Shown here: in pieces, positions 40,392 to 51,134 of the stretch
Layout of the letters: the number at the start of each line of letters is the position of its first letter
Position numbering within the stretch: the first letter of the stretch is position 1
Assembly (NCBI GenBank): GCA_964512765.1
Contig: CAZEKF010000001.1
Coordinates: 66,366 to 130,365, forward strand
Direction: 5' to 3'
Source: an uncultured Methanosarcinales archaeon
GTDB taxonomy: Archaea > Nanobdellota > Nanobdellia > Woesearchaeales > GW2011-AR15
DNA: 64,000 nucleotides
Program-made: the position numbers and the translations under genes
Notes under the pieces: generated by a model
Told to the model about the DNA's origin: nothing
The model's input: only the letters and a program-made list of their open reading frames with translations
Databases searched by the model: none

Positions 40392-41405
40392 TTATTGGTC
40401 TAAATATGATTCCAGTTTTTTTCTTTTGTAATCCATCAGTTTAATATGTTTATTAAATAATTTTAAGTTTGGTTTTGAAGTTATTCGGATAATATATTTA
40501 GAACATTTACCATATCTGTTCATATATGTGTTTGTTAAATAAGGACCTTGAACTTTAATACCCAACTTGTTTAGAAGTAGCTTGTCGATTTCCAGAATGC
40601 CTGAAGGAGCAGGAGTACCATTCTTTATTAAGGATGCTTGTTCTAATGTTATCTCCCTTTTTCCAACACATCCATCGTCATTGAAAGCTTTTGCAAGAAA
40701 CTCAGAAATTAATTCTTTGTCATCAATTTTTTCTAGGAAACTGAATGGTTGAAAATGGATTTTTATTTTGTATCCAGGAGTATAACCTATGGAGATCATT
40801 ATCTCACCTACTATGGTTGGCAAAGTTATGCGATAGATACCTTTTTTGTCTTTTTTAATTTCTCTTTTAAATTTCCCAAATAATATTTGAGAGTCACTAA
40901 GAAATTCCGAACATTCAGGTTTTGATTTATTTACATATCTAGGTTGTTTGTTGTCTTTTCCAATGCAACCGTCATGATAAAGATGACTTAAAAATCTCAT
41001 ACCTTCTTTTGTATTGAAACTTATGGGAAAAACAGGATAATATATTTTTTGTGAATGAGAACCACCACTTTTTATATAATATATGTTTTTTTCTAAATTC
41101 AATAATGTGAAAGTACCACATCCCGCATTTACCAAAAGATTCGATATCTTCTGAAGATTTGATAATGAAAAAGGGACTCTTGTGAATTGATCCCAAAGTT
41201 GAGTAAAACTAATATTAGAAATCCGAGACAAGTTTGTTATTGTCTCAAAGGTGTTAAGTGCACTTTTAAATATTATTTTTTTAAGTGGAGGTTTGAACTC
41301 AACATAAATGGATTCCGTATTGTTCAAATTTAAGGAGCTTTTCAAATCTCTTAAATGATATGTTCCCTTTTTTGTTGATCTTTTACTCTTTTTTCCAAAT
41401 TTCAT
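40392..41405 (-). CDS. Free-standing LAGLIDADG-domain protein
   Basis: Two LAGLIDADG-like helices RFLSHLYHDGCI and EFLAKAFNDDGCV, YVNKS, LLNKLGI, KRKKL. Confidence 0.75.
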   Translation of the reverse strand: MKFGKKSKRSTKKGTYHLRDLKSSLNLNNTESIYVEFKPPLKKIIFKSALNTFETITNLSRISNISFTQLWDQFTRVPFSLSNLQKISNLLVNAGCGTFTLLNLEKNIYYIKSGGSHSQKIYYPVFPISFNTKEGMRFLSHLYHDGCIGKDNKQPRYVNKSKPECSEFLSDSQILFGKFKREIKKDKKGIYRITLPTIVGEIMISIGYTPGYKIKIHFQPFSFLEKIDDKELISEFLAKAFNDDGCVGKREITLEQASLIKNGTPAPSGILEIDKLLLNKLGIKVQGPYLTNTYMNRYGKCSKYIIRITSKPNLKLFNKHIKLMDYKRKKLESYLDQ

Positions 41406-41448
41406 TTGAATCTTGATAAAACCCTATTCAATCTATGTAATTGTTTTT

Positions 41449-41496
41449 ATTTATATACTTCACACAAGAATGTCCAGTGGGTTTTTTGTCCAGTGG
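41449..41496. promoter_or_regulatory. Conserved element upstream of LAGLIDADG gene 2
   Basis: ATTTATATACTTCACACAAGAATGTCCAGTG; TGTCCAGTG at 41471 and 41487. Confidence 0.7.
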
Positions 41497-41601
41497 AGTT
41501 ATAAAAACATAATTTGATAGTTGATTTCAACAAGAACAAAAATCAAATAAATTAGAGAAATAGAGTTATTATCAGACAAAAGTATGGGAATATGTTGTAG
41601 T

Positions 41602-41766
41602 TTAATTCGGGCCGTTAAAATTGCATGTAGGACAGGTATATTTTGCCACTGTTTTTCTACAGGTTAAACATCTAACTATTTGATATTTACCGCATTTCGG
41701 GCACATGAACTTAGCAGTGCCTTTCTGGTTAGTTATTTTTGTTTTACATGATATACATTCTTCCAT
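41602..41766 (-). CDS. Small Zn-ribbon RNA-binding protein (DUF1610/PRK14890-like); below the ORF-track length cut-off
   Basis: Manual translation MEECISCKTKITNQKGTAKFMCPKCGKYQIVRCLTCRKTVAKYTCPTCNFNGPN*; four CxxC pairs; usual upstream neighbour of aEF-1beta. Confidence 0.9.
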   Translation of the reverse strand: MEECISCKTKITNQKGTAKFMCPKCGKYQIVRCLTCRKTVAKYTCPTCNFNGPN

Positions 41767-41816
41767 TGATCATCACTGAACTCAAGGATTAAATAAGAAT
41801 TTAAAAAACTTGTTAT

Positions 41817-42653
41817 TTATAGAGTGGTATAGTAATTTTGCATTAATAAAGCATCTTCTTCAATGTTCGGACTTTCTGCGATAACACAGCCTTTTATTTT
41901 GAATTCTTTCCAGATTTTTAACAAATCTTGGTAGTTCATGTCAGATTCTTCAAGTATTAAATGATTTCTTTCGCCTTTTTCACCATAATTAATACCCGAG
42001 AGGTGAATGTGCATGTTATCCAAACCATCTTTACCGAGGTATGATTCAATATCTAGTAATATTTGTCTGAATTCATCTTCAGTGTTGTATTTACTTGTTC
42101 TAGCATGTATGTGCGAGAAATCAAAGACAGGCATTACTTTTTCAAGTTCCTGGCTCATTTTTAATAGTTCAAGGTAACTACCGAACTGTGTTGCCTTACC
42201 TGTAGTTTCTGGCCGTATCCAGACATCAATCCCTTTGTTATCCAAATTTTCTTTAATTTTCTTAATCCCTTCTTTTATATTTTCATATACTTTACTTGGC
42301 TCTTGTTTTAAATAAAAACCTGGGTGAAAACATAATGACCAACCACCACACTCATGTAAGATTTCAGCAGATTTTTCAATCCTGTGCATGCTTGCATATT
42401 TTTTTGCAGGTTCAATTGCATTCAGGTTAATGTAATAAGGAGCATGGCAGGTTAAGAAAATGTTTTCTTTCTCTGCTCTTTTTTTAACTAAAGGTGCTTT
42501 TTCTTTACTTATGTTAACACTTCTTACAAACTCAAGTTCCATGCAATCCAGGCCAAGTTCTCTTACTCTTGAAATTCCGTTTGGAGTATTTGGAATTGTA
42601 GTGGATAAAGGAATGCCTGCAGTACCAAACAGTAACTTATCAGGAGATTTCAT
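41817..42653 (-). CDS. nfo: Endonuclease IV (AP endonuclease family 2)
   Basis: FGTAG, ELEFVR, HAPYYINL, FHPG, PETTGK, DFSHIHAR, HIHLSGI, ESPNIEEDA. Confidence 0.9.
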   Translation of the reverse strand: MKSPDKLLFGTAGIPLSTTIPNTPNGISRVRELGLDCMELEFVRSVNISKEKAPLVKKRAEKENIFLTCHAPYYINLNAIEPAKKYASMHRIEKSAEILHECGGWSLCFHPGFYLKQEPSKVYENIKEGIKKIKENLDNKGIDVWIRPETTGKATQFGSYLELLKMSQELEKVMPVFDFSHIHARTSKYNTEDEFRQILLDIESYLGKDGLDNMHIHLSGINYGEKGERNHLILEESDMNYQDLLKIWKEFKIKGCVIAESPNIEEDALLMQNYYTTL

Positions 42654-42716
42654 CTAAATCAACGTAAAGAACCAATTGTTTTTATATGTTGTCTTAAATA
42701 AAAAAGAATAAAATAA

Positions 42717-44996
42717 TTAGCCGTAATAAACCGGCCTATTTTCTTTCATTTCTTTTCCGCGCGCAGCTTTAAATTGTTTAAGTAAGTCTTTATACGCTTC
42801 AGCAACGTCTTTTGTCACGCTCGGAGAAACTTTTTTCAAAGCATCTTCAAAATGTTTTTTATTGATCTTTTTAGCATCCATGTCTTTTCGTAATGCTAGC
42901 ATTGCAGATTCTCTGCATACTGCTTCAATGTCCGCGCCAACGTAACCATCTGTTTCTTTAGCAAGTTCTTTGATTTTCACATCTTTTGTTATTGGCATGC
43001 CTTTTATATGGATTTTAAAGATTTCTTCACGCGCTTTTTCAGTCGGTGCGGGAACTAAAACAATCCTGTCAAACCTACCAGGACGTAATAGTGCAGTGTC
43101 TACAATGTCTGGCCTGTTAGTTGCTGCTAATATCACAATATCGTCAAGTTCTATTAACCCGTCCATTTCTGTCAGTAGCTGGTTAACAACTCTTTCTGTC
43201 ACATGACTATCTGAACCAGCACCTCTTCTTGGAGCTAATGAATCAATTTCATCAAAGAAGATGATCGTTGGACTTGTTTGTCTAGCTTTCTCAAATATTT
43301 TTCTGACAGCTTTTTCAGATTCACCGACCCATTTACTTAACAGTTCAGGGCCTTTAACTAATATGAAATTAGATTTGCTTTCATTAGCAACAGCTTTCGC
43401 TAATAGTGTTTTACCAGAACCTGGAGGTCCGTATAACAAAATACCTTTTGGAGGTTTAATACCCATCCTTGTAAAGATTTGTGGATGTTTCAATGGCCAT
43501 TCAACAGCTTCTACTAATTCTTGCCTTACAGTATCAAGACCGCCAATATCGCCCCATTTTACATTAGGAACTTCAATCAAAACTTCTCGTAACGCACTCG
43601 GTCTCACGACTTTCAAAGCTTCAATAAAATCTTTTTTAGCTACGATTAATTTTTCAAGAACTTCCGTAGGAATAGGCTGGTCTTCTTCAAGTTTCATGTC
43701 AGGATATATACGTCTTAGTAATGTCATTGCAGCTTCTTTTGCTAATGCAGATAAGTCTGCACCAACAAAACCATGCGTTATCTCAGCAAATTGTTTTAAA
43801 CTAACACCTTTTGATAATGGCATGTTCCTTGTATGAATTTTTAAGATGTTCAATCTTCCTTCTACATCAGGAACGCCAATTTCAAGTTCTCGGTCAAATC
43901 TACCAGGCCGTCTTAACGCAGGGTCTAACTCATTTGGAATGTTTGTTGCACCAATCACAACAACTTTCCCTCTACTTTTCAGACCGTCCATTAAAGCAAG
44001 CATCTGTGCAACTACTCTTCTCTCAACTTCTCCTCTGCTTTCTTCTCTTTTTGAAGCAATTGCATCAATTTCATCAATAAAAATTATAGATGGCGCGTTT
44101 TTCTCAGCTTCTTCAAACTTTTTTCTTAGGTTTTCTTCACTTTGACCATAATATTTTGACATAATTTCTGGACCGTTTATTAAAATGAAATTAGCATGTG
44201 TTTCATTAGCAACAGCTTTTGCAAGTAAAGTTTTACCAGTACCTGGAGGACCGTGTAACAGAACACCTTTAGGTGGCTCTATACCAAGAGCTTCAAATAT
44301 CTCAGGATGTTTTAATGGTAATTCAACCATCTCTCTTATTTTGGTAATTTCTTCTTGTAATCCTCCAATATCTTCATACGTAACTTCCAGAACTTTTTCT
44401 TCGTCAACTTCAGTTGCTTCAGGGTTAAACTTAACTGCAGTTTGTTCAGTTATTAAAACAGCTTGTTTAGGGTCTGTACTAACAACAACAAATTTCAAAT
44501 CGCCTAATCCAAAACCCATTAAACTTTCGTCTAACATGTTAAAGAAATCATCACCAAATGTTGGGTTTGAAGACATTGCAGACCGTCTTCTTTTTGTGCC
44601 GCCTAATGATACAATATCACCTTTTGTTACAGCTCTTCCTAACAATCCTTGCTTGAAAATTACAGGATTTGCTCTAATAACAATACCTTTTCTTTGAGGT
44701 GCAATCATGACTTTCTTAGCTTCAATAACATTACCTTTTTTTATTGATACAATTTCGCCAATGCCTGCTTTTGCATTCCTTCTTATAAGACCGTCCATCC
44801 TAATAATGTTTAATCCAATATCACCAGGATATGCTCTGTCTGTGATTGCAACAGTTTTTCTTTCGCCCTTAATTTCAATTATATCGCCAGGCCTTATACC
44901 GAGCTCGTGCATAAAACTACTATCAATTCTTACAATACCTTTGTTAACATCATCCTGAATTGCTTCTGCAACTTTTAATTTTAATTCTTTGACCAT
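42717..44996 (-). CDS. cdc48: CDC48/VAT family AAA+ ATPase
   Basis: N-domain plus two AAA modules ([27 protein letters not shown]), HbYX-like tail YYG. Confidence 0.97.
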   Translation of the reverse strand: MVKELKLKVAEAIQDDVNKGIVRIDSSFMHELGIRPGDIIEIKGERKTVAITDRAYPGDIGLNIIRMDGLIRRNAKAGIGEIVSIKKGNVIEAKKVMIAPQRKGIVIRANPVIFKQGLLGRAVTKGDIVSLGGTKRRRSAMSSNPTFGDDFFNMLDESLMGFGLGDLKFVVVSTDPKQAVLITEQTAVKFNPEATEVDEEKVLEVTYEDIGGLQEEITKIREMVELPLKHPEIFEALGIEPPKGVLLHGPPGTGKTLLAKAVANETHANFILINGPEIMSKYYGQSEENLRKKFEEAEKNAPSIIFIDEIDAIASKREESRGEVERRVVAQMLALMDGLKSRGKVVVIGATNIPNELDPALRRPGRFDRELEIGVPDVEGRLNILKIHTRNMPLSKGVSLKQFAEITHGFVGADLSALAKEAAMTLLRRIYPDMKLEEDQPIPTEVLEKLIVAKKDFIEALKVVRPSALREVLIEVPNVKWGDIGGLDTVRQELVEAVEWPLKHPQIFTRMGIKPPKGILLYGPPGSGKTLLAKAVANESKSNFILVKGPELLSKWVGESEKAVRKIFEKARQTSPTIIFFDEIDSLAPRRGAGSDSHVTERVVNQLLTEMDGLIELDDIVILAATNRPDIVDTALLRPGRFDRIVLVPAPTEKAREEIFKIHIKGMPITKDVKIKELAKETDGYVGADIEAVCRESAMLALRKDMDAKKINKKHFEDALKKVSPSVTKDVAEAYKDLLKQFKAARGKEMKENRPVYYG

Positions 44997-45091
44997 GATT
45001 AAATCACCTTTAACCTGAGATAAAACTTAAATGATAAATAAAGGTATCGGTGCATAAACTTAAATATAAAATGTTTTTTCCCTATTGAAGA

Positions 45092-46738
45092 ATGACGAAA
45101 AAGAAAAGATTAATGGATGATGCAGATCTTGATCAGTTTGTTAGAGACTGTATTCTTATATGGTATAATCGAACTGATGCACAGCCAATAACCGAAGAAC
45201 AGTCAAAAAAAATTTACAGAACAATTGGTGATATGGTTAACGCACACGAATTAGTCGCAGAGGTTTTTGAAGCTACGCAAGACATAATTCCTTTAATTGT
45301 TTATGATGAAGTACGCGTTTTAAGAAAAGAAATTGATCAGTATGATTCTCTTCTTTATGTTTTACATGGTAATTTTGATTATAGAGATGCACATCTAAGA
45401 CACGGAGATTCTTTGTTGGCTGTTTTAGCACAACACGTAGACTTGGCTACACCATACGAAACATGGAGACAACAACAAAACTTTTCTAAAGTTGATAATG
45501 TCACTGAACAACCTCAACAAGCACAAGCATTTGAAGTTGAACCAGGAGAAGAACATCACCACGTAGTACAACAATCTGTCCGAGATGAAATTCCGGTAAA
45601 TGCATCAGCAAGAGTTGAGGATATGCGTCTTGACGGTCATGCTTTACAAATACCAGGGACAGGAGTAACAGTTGCCACTCAGCTTGACCAACATCAAATT
45701 ATTGTTTCAGGAACAGCACCTAATAATTTTGTTATTCATCTACCAGGAGATCTTGGTGATAAATTACAAGACGGGTTACTTATAGTTGATACAATCGATA
45801 GGTTTTCACCTGAAATACGTCGTTTTGATTTTTTTTCAAGAGCTGAGCGAATTGCAGCTGGGCATGAAAAAGGGATAGCTACAAACTTATATCCGTCAGG
45901 ACAAGGAGCTAGTGCAACAATTACTTTTCAACAACCAGCAAACTATTTGTTAGTGCCTTTAGATGGAGATGGTGCATTAACTTGTGAACGAGGGAGATTC
46001 AAAGGATATATTGGGACATATAATTTGCGAAGATTTGAAAGAAATTTTAATATTTCTAATTTTCTTTTGGCAAACTTTAATTTTATTGTCAGTAAGTTAT
46101 CTGATCAGCCATTATTATTTGGACCTGTTCAAAAAGTGAATGTTAATGGTCAAGGATACGCAATAATTCAAGCATCTAAGGGAACTCAGACAGTTACCAT
46201 GCCTCCCCATGATGAACAAGATTTAGAATCGCCTGTTATTGCATACAAAAATGTTTTTTTCAAAGATAAAGGGTTGCCTTATAAAATTGGCATGGAAGTA
46301 ATTACTGCAGGAGGGTTAGCATCATTAGCTCTTATTTTTGGTGATAAAGCACCAGAAATAGGTAAAATGATTGGAGGATTTGCTGCAGGGTATTATGCTA
46401 CATCTGCAACGGTTGGCAAACGTACTTTTAAAAACACTTTAGTTAGTATTGTTACTGGTGTTGCTTGTGCAGCAACTACACAAATTAATTACGAACCAGT
46501 ACAAGAAGTTGTTCAAAATATTGTTGAACCTGTTTATGCGGGATTAGACGGATTATTTCTTGGGAGAATTCTATATGGAACAATATTTAATCCTATTAGG
46601 ATTAAAAACTGGGGAGAAAGAATATTTAGAATGTTATACTTGAGCAAAACCAATAATGCATTGACACAACCAGTAGCCTATACTAAAGAGAAAGTTGGTC
46701 ATGTTATAGAAGGAAGAATTGGTAGAGCTAGGGAATAA
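45092..46738 (+). CDS. Hypothetical protein with C-terminal Gly/Ala-rich hydrophobic helices
   Basis: 548-aa ORF, basic start MTKKKR; AGGLASLALIFG, IGGFAAGYYA, IVTGVACAA, AGLDGLFLG. Confidence 0.65.
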   Translation: MTKKKRLMDDADLDQFVRDCILIWYNRTDAQPITEEQSKKIYRTIGDMVNAHELVAEVFEATQDIIPLIVYDEVRVLRKEIDQYDSLLYVLHGNFDYRDAHLRHGDSLLAVLAQHVDLATPYETWRQQQNFSKVDNVTEQPQQAQAFEVEPGEEHHHVVQQSVRDEIPVNASARVEDMRLDGHALQIPGTGVTVATQLDQHQIIVSGTAPNNFVIHLPGDLGDKLQDGLLIVDTIDRFSPEIRRFDFFSRAERIAAGHEKGIATNLYPSGQGASATITFQQPANYLLVPLDGDGALTCERGRFKGYIGTYNLRRFERNFNISNFLLANFNFIVSKLSDQPLLFGPVQKVNVNGQGYAIIQASKGTQTVTMPPHDEQDLESPVIAYKNVFFKDKGLPYKIGMEVITAGGLASLALIFGDKAPEIGKMIGGFAAGYYATSATVGKRTFKNTLVSIVTGVACAATTQINYEPVQEVVQNIVEPVYAGLDGLFLGRILYGTIFNPIRIKNWGERIFRMLYLSKTNNALTQPVAYTKEKVGHVIEGRIGRARE

Positions 46739-48110
46739 CCTCTTCGTAATAATCTGTTATTTTGAATGAATCAATAATTGTTGTGTTGTTTCCACTCACT
46801 TGATGAGCATTACCTATCAACGCGTTTTCATGCACGTCTATAGTTACAAAGTGATAAATACCGCATTTTGCATATTTTTGTAAAAAATTTATGCTTTGCT
46901 CATGATGACGTATTCCCCAACTACAGTCTTTTAATGGACCTCCTCCTCCGCCTGTTACAATAGTATGAATGAAGGTATTTGGAAAGATAAAAGTTTGTTC
47001 AGCACCGTTTTCGGGTTTAGTTTTATGCCCATCGTCAGGAACAGCATACCTTTCATATGAATGTAAATGACCTGAAAACACCATTGTTACATCATATTCT
47101 CTGAATAAATCTTCATAAAGATTACTTACTTTGGTAGTTTTACTCTCACCCATAGTAGCTGTATAAAACGGCATGTGCATGTATACAATAATGTTTTCTA
47201 TACCCTCCATTGATCGTGCTTGTTGAAGATGATTTTTTACCCAACCAACAGGTGTATTTCTCCAATATTCGTTTCCTTGTTCAAATGAAATAAAATATGT
47301 GTTTTTGTATCTAAAAGCATAGTTTGTTCCGTACTGAAGATCGCTTGGCGAACCAGATTCATGTGTGTTTGAAGGAGGGAACAACTTAAAATTATCTCCA
47401 AGTCCAGGGTTGCTTAGAAGAGAACTAAGAAATGACCTATATTGAAGAATTCCGTCTTGTGCTTGGTCATGGTTTCCGCTTGTTGGGAAGAAAGGTATAC
47501 CGTTTAGTTTATTTGTGAAACACTGGTTAAATCTACTGTAAGCACCGCCTGACCATCCCCAGTCCATTAAATCACCAGTATGAATTACTAAATTTGGGTT
47601 AGTCTGTGCTAACAAAGAGGGTAAACTTGATCTTTCAGCACCGCCGCATGAGTTTGTTGCATACTGTGTATCTCCAACAACGCCAAATCTAAACAAAAAT
47701 TCACCGTCTAATGATTCTGCGACTAATTTGTCCACAGGATTTCCTACCCACAACTCTAGTTTTTTTGAAGCTTCTGGTGTAGGTGTTGTCATTTGCGTAG
47801 ATGTCAATAAAATTTCTTGCGTTGGTGTCATAACATCTGTCGTTGGTGTATATACTTGAGTAGGATTTAATAGAACTTCTAAAGTAGGTGTTGTTGTAAT
47901 ATCAGATGAAACCACAGTGCCTAATGTGAAATCTGTTGAAAAAGCAATTGGGCTTGGAGTGACATAAACTTGTGCTTGGTTCTGTGATACAGATGTTGAA
48001 GAAGTTACTGTGCCATAGACCCAGCCAACAGTTACAGCACCGCCTAACAGTACAAGAGATCTTACTAAACCATTTTTCTTTTTCCTACGCCTACGTCTTC
48101 TTCTTGTCAT
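46728..48110 (-). CDS. Poly-Arg/ExIP family protein 1: calcineurin-like metallophosphoesterase (purple-acid-phosphatase-like) cargo
   Basis: MTRRRRRRRKKK, TM, T/P stalk; GDTQ, TGDL, GNHD, HMP, GHLHSYER, TGGGG; ends DYYEEVIP. Confidence 0.85.
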   Translation of the reverse strand: MTRRRRRRRKKKNGLVRSLVLLGGAVTVGWVYGTVTSSTSVSQNQAQVYVTPSPIAFSTDFTLGTVVSSDITTTPTLEVLLNPTQVYTPTTDVMTPTQEILLTSTQMTTPTPEASKKLELWVGNPVDKLVAESLDGEFLFRFGVVGDTQYATNSCGGAERSSLPSLLAQTNPNLVIHTGDLMDWGWSGGAYSRFNQCFTNKLNGIPFFPTSGNHDQAQDGILQYRSFLSSLLSNPGLGDNFKLFPPSNTHESGSPSDLQYGTNYAFRYKNTYFISFEQGNEYWRNTPVGWVKNHLQQARSMEGIENIIVYMHMPFYTATMGESKTTKVSNLYEDLFREYDVTMVFSGHLHSYERYAVPDDGHKTKPENGAEQTFIFPNTFIHTIVTGGGGGPLKDCSWGIRHHEQSINFLQKYAKCGIYHFVTIDVHENALIGNAHQVSGNNTTIIDSFKITDYYEEVIP

Positions 48111-48125
48111 TTTTATTTAAGGTAT
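48091..48125. repeat. Gene-junction repeat, copy 1 (I-P-stop + ATAAAA + M-x-R-R-R-R)
   Basis: 33/35 nt identical to 49450-49484 and 51115-51149. Confidence 0.9.
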
Positions 48126-49469
48126 AGCTTCATCAGGATCATACTCTTCCACATTTGAAGCAACATGAACATCAGATTGTAACCTTGCAACCCAGATTTC
48201 GCTGTTTGATTTTTTCAAAGAATAACTGTGCTGCTGGTCTATCTTACCATATAGTAACCATAGTTCTTGGTTCATTCTATATATTTGATTTGCAGAATAA
48301 TGTTGGAAATTACCTTCTCCATTAAGAACCCACTTACCTGTTCTGTTCCAATTAATACCGTCACTGCTATACGTCCATTCTAAATGAACATTACCTTCAG
48401 CATGAACACGATCAACGCCTTCTCTAATGTTACGTAATTCTGGTTCATAAATCCAAAGAACACCTAAATATCCATTCTGAACTTGTGTAACTGCCATACC
48501 ATAGAAATGCGTGTCTTTTCCTTCTTTATCAATCTCACTTTGGTTTGGCACAAGCACTAGCTGTGGTTCAGACCAATTAATAAAATCATCAGATACAACT
48601 CTAGCAACAGTTCTTATTCTTACACCTTCAATATTTTCTTGTCTTTTAACATATCCAACATATTTATTTAACCTGAAATCATAGAAAAAGTTAGCAACAT
48701 CGCTCCAATTTGTATATGGGCCACCTATTTGATTAAAATCAATACCATTTGTAGATTCATATGCCATAAATCCGTTGTCTCGTTTATATACCATTAATTT
48801 CATGGTCTTTGTACCATCATAAACAACAGACGTCATGTTAGAATTTTCAAATAAAATCCGTTCGTTACTCCACTCATTACCATTACCACTTTCTACAACT
48901 CTAATGCTTGACCCAGAACCCGATGCTTTATCCCAATGAGTGAAATAAAGAAAATAGTTGTCACGATTTTCTCCTTTTGGTAAAATTCCACCATACACAT
49001 ACTCGATACCTTCAAACCTGTTTCCTTCTGTAAAAAGTATAGAATTATCTATAACTCTAACACTGTTAATCCAAGAAGCCAAATCAAACTCAAGATTACA
49101 TAAATATTCAGGAGGGCATAAAGATGCTTCTATTGTATTTTCAAGTGTAGGTGTTAAGGTTACAATTGGTGTTGAAGTTAACAACACTTTTGGTGAAGGA
49201 GTAAGTATAACCGGTTGAGTAGGATCAGACACAATAGTACCATCTGCAAAAGGTTCAGAAAAAGTAGGAATTGTCTGGTTGTTGTCAGAATGTTCTTTTG
49301 GATTATAAGGTAAGATAGCAGCTATTTGGTCAAATATTGGTTCGTTAAAATCAATCTGGCTTATTACATAACCTGTGTATAAAGAAGCTCCTCCTATTAA
49401 AGCAACTGTTCCAATAGTTTTAAGGAAATTTCCTTTTCTTTTCCTTCTTCTACGTCTTCGTCTTGCCAT
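48117..49469 (-). CDS. Poly-Arg/ExIP family protein 2: five-bladed beta-propeller glycoside-hydrolase-like cargo (GH32/43/130-like)
   Basis: MARRRRRRRKRK, TM, T/P stalk; repeated Asp-box-like motifs ESGNGNEW, ESTNGIDF, SDDFINW, SSDGINW; FYGM; ends YDPDEAIP. Confidence 0.7.
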   Translation of the reverse strand: MARRRRRRRKRKGNFLKTIGTVALIGGASLYTGYVISQIDFNEPIFDQIAAILPYNPKEHSDNNQTIPTFSEPFADGTIVSDPTQPVILTPSPKVLLTSTPIVTLTPTLENTIEASLCPPEYLCNLEFDLASWINSVRVIDNSILFTEGNRFEGIEYVYGGILPKGENRDNYFLYFTHWDKASGSGSSIRVVESGNGNEWSNERILFENSNMTSVVYDGTKTMKLMVYKRDNGFMAYESTNGIDFNQIGGPYTNWSDVANFFYDFRLNKYVGYVKRQENIEGVRIRTVARVVSDDFINWSEPQLVLVPNQSEIDKEGKDTHFYGMAVTQVQNGYLGVLWIYEPELRNIREGVDRVHAEGNVHLEWTYSSDGINWNRTGKWVLNGEGNFQHYSANQIYRMNQELWLLYGKIDQQHSYSLKKSNSEIWVARLQSDVHVASNVEEYDPDEAIP

Positions 49470-49486
49470 TTTTATTTAAGGTATTA
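49442..49486. repeat. Gene-junction repeat, copy 2
   Basis: 45 nt identical to 51107-51151 (tccttcttctacgtcttcgtcttgccatttttatttaaggtatta). Confidence 0.92.
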
Positions 49487-51134
49487 TTTCTTCATAAAAT
49501 TCATTTCCTTCGAAAATTCTATCTCGAACAACATAATATGCTGCACTACACTCAACAGGTGAGTCTGTAATGCCTTCACCAACACAACCATATTCAGGTG
49601 TTTTAAATGGAGATTTTACAGCACCTGTTATAGAAGTAGAGAGCATAAAATCCTTAACAGCATTTGCAACAGCTTCATAACACCTAAAACTGTCAAAAGG
49701 GAACCCTTCCACAGCTTGGCAACTCATTAAATTGTTTGTTAACCAAGCAAGTTGGTCAAGACTTGTGTCATAATTAAGTGGTTCCTGAAAATTTAATACA
49801 TTTATCATATATCTAACATGCCACATATGACCTAACTCATGTGCAAAAACTTTTGTGAATATTTCTTGAGACACTGTATCTCTGTTTTTCATTATAATTT
49901 CATTATAGGAAACAACACCAGAGTCTGTTGTATTTTGAAAGCTTGTAACACCAGTGTCTGAACACGTCACAATTAACGGATCATTAAATAATACATAAGG
50001 TCCAACTCTTGTAACGAGTTCTTCTGCCCAAACAGGAATTTCTTGTCTACAGTTGTTAAAAGATACTAAACCAAATTCATATGTAGGGGCTTGTGCAACA
50101 ACTACAGTCGGAGTAGGTACAAGAGGTGTGTTAGTCAAAGTAGGGTTGAGAACACCAGTTGGCGTAGCTATCGCAACTTGACCACTACCTTGGTCAGGTT
50201 GAGAAATATCTACTTCAACAAACACACCTTTGTAATCAGGATATAAACTGCTAAGGTTTTCTAAACTAGTAGATTGTACACCACCTGCTGCAGTTGAATG
50301 AATAACAGTAACACCGTTATTAGTTGGGATCGCTATTCCAACATGCGAATATTCTCTTATGCCACCTTTATCATGGTTAAGTGTCCATAGATACATTTTA
50401 CCAATTTCCATATGATTACCAATATCATCCCATTTATCAGGGTCATAACCTTGGAACTCAGTAAATCCGTCTATTGGTTTAAATATCTGAGAATTTGGAT
50501 CAATAATGTATGCAATGTTAAGTGTCTGGTCCCAACCATATGCTTGCCTTAAAACTTCGTCATCTGCAGGTCGGTCTGTTCTTTGTTGAAATGCGTCGTC
50601 AAGTTTGATATTAACTCTACTAATTGCTCTGGCAGCTTGTAACTGATACCCTGCACAGTTGAATCCAATAACATTATCAATTGTTGGTGCACCACCTGTC
50701 CAATAAACAAACGAGCCATTATCATCAATAAAACCAAAGTTCTTGTAAGGCACGCCAATGTACTGACTTGCGTCATTTAAAGCCATTTGTGCAATTTCGT
50801 CAACACTTTTACTCGTCTGTGTAAAAAATAACGTTGGAGTTGGAGTTAACATTAAAGCATCAGGCGTAGGAGTTAATGCTACTGGTTGAGTAGGTCCAGG
50901 GATAAGTGTACCATTCATGAAACTTTCAGGAAAAATAGGAATTGCTTGATTATCATCAGATTGTTCTTTTGGGTTGTAAGGTAAGATAGCAGCTATTTGG
51001 TCGAATATTGGCTTGTCAAAATCTATCTGACTGATTAGATAACCACTGTATAAAGCTCCACCTATTAGAACCAAGTTTACACCAGTCCTAAGACAACCGC
51101 CTCCTCTCCTTCTTCTACGTCTTCGTCTTGCCAT
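49476..51134 (-). CDS. Poly-Arg/ExIP family protein 3: NlpC/P60 cysteine hydrolase plus HEXXH metallopeptidase
   Basis: MARRRRRRRRGGGC, TM, stalk; YIGVPY, GFNCAG, SHVGI, VIHST; second T/P linker; AHELGH...YEAVA; ends FYEEIIP. Confidence 0.82.
   Translation of the reverse strand: MARRRRRRRRGGGCLRTGVNLVLIGGALYSGYLISQIDFDKPIFDQIAAILPYNPKEQSDDNQAIPIFPESFMNGTLIPGPTQPVALTPTPDALMLTPTPTLFFTQTSKSVDEIAQMALNDASQYIGVPYKNFGFIDDNGSFVYWTGGAPTIDNVIGFNCAGYQLQAARAISRVNIKLDDAFQQRTDRPADDEVLRQAYGWDQTLNIAYIIDPNSQIFKPIDGFTEFQGYDPDKWDDIGNHMEIGKMYLWTLNHDKGGIREYSHVGIAIPTNNGVTVIHSTAAGGVQSTSLENLSSLYPDYKGVFVEVDISQPDQGSGQVAIATPTGVLNPTLTNTPLVPTPTVVVAQAPTYEFGLVSFNNCRQEIPVWAEELVTRVGPYVLFNDPLIVTCSDTGVTSFQNTTDSGVVSYNEIIMKNRDTVSQEIFTKVFAHELGHMWHVRYMINVLNFQEPLNYDTSLDQLAWLTNNLMSCQAVEGFPFDSFRCYEAVANAVKDFMLSTSITGAVKSPFKTPEYGCVGEGITDSPVECSAAYYVVRDRIFEGNEFYEEIIP

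Noticed and set aside
36111..41405. LAGLIDADG ORFs as inteins or intron-encoded endonucleases
   Set aside because: They have their own start and stop codons, no Cys/Ser...His-Asn splice motifs, and the flanking genes are intact.
43670..43690. EEDQPIP inside CDC48 resembling the ExIP tag
   Set aside because: It is internal and sits in the acidic D1 loop usual for CDC48 proteins; likely coincidence.
42970..44958. Several 78-191 aa plus-strand ORFs within cdc48, and similar short antisense ORFs across the window
   Set aside because: Antisense shadows of well-supported genes, with no recognisable motifs.
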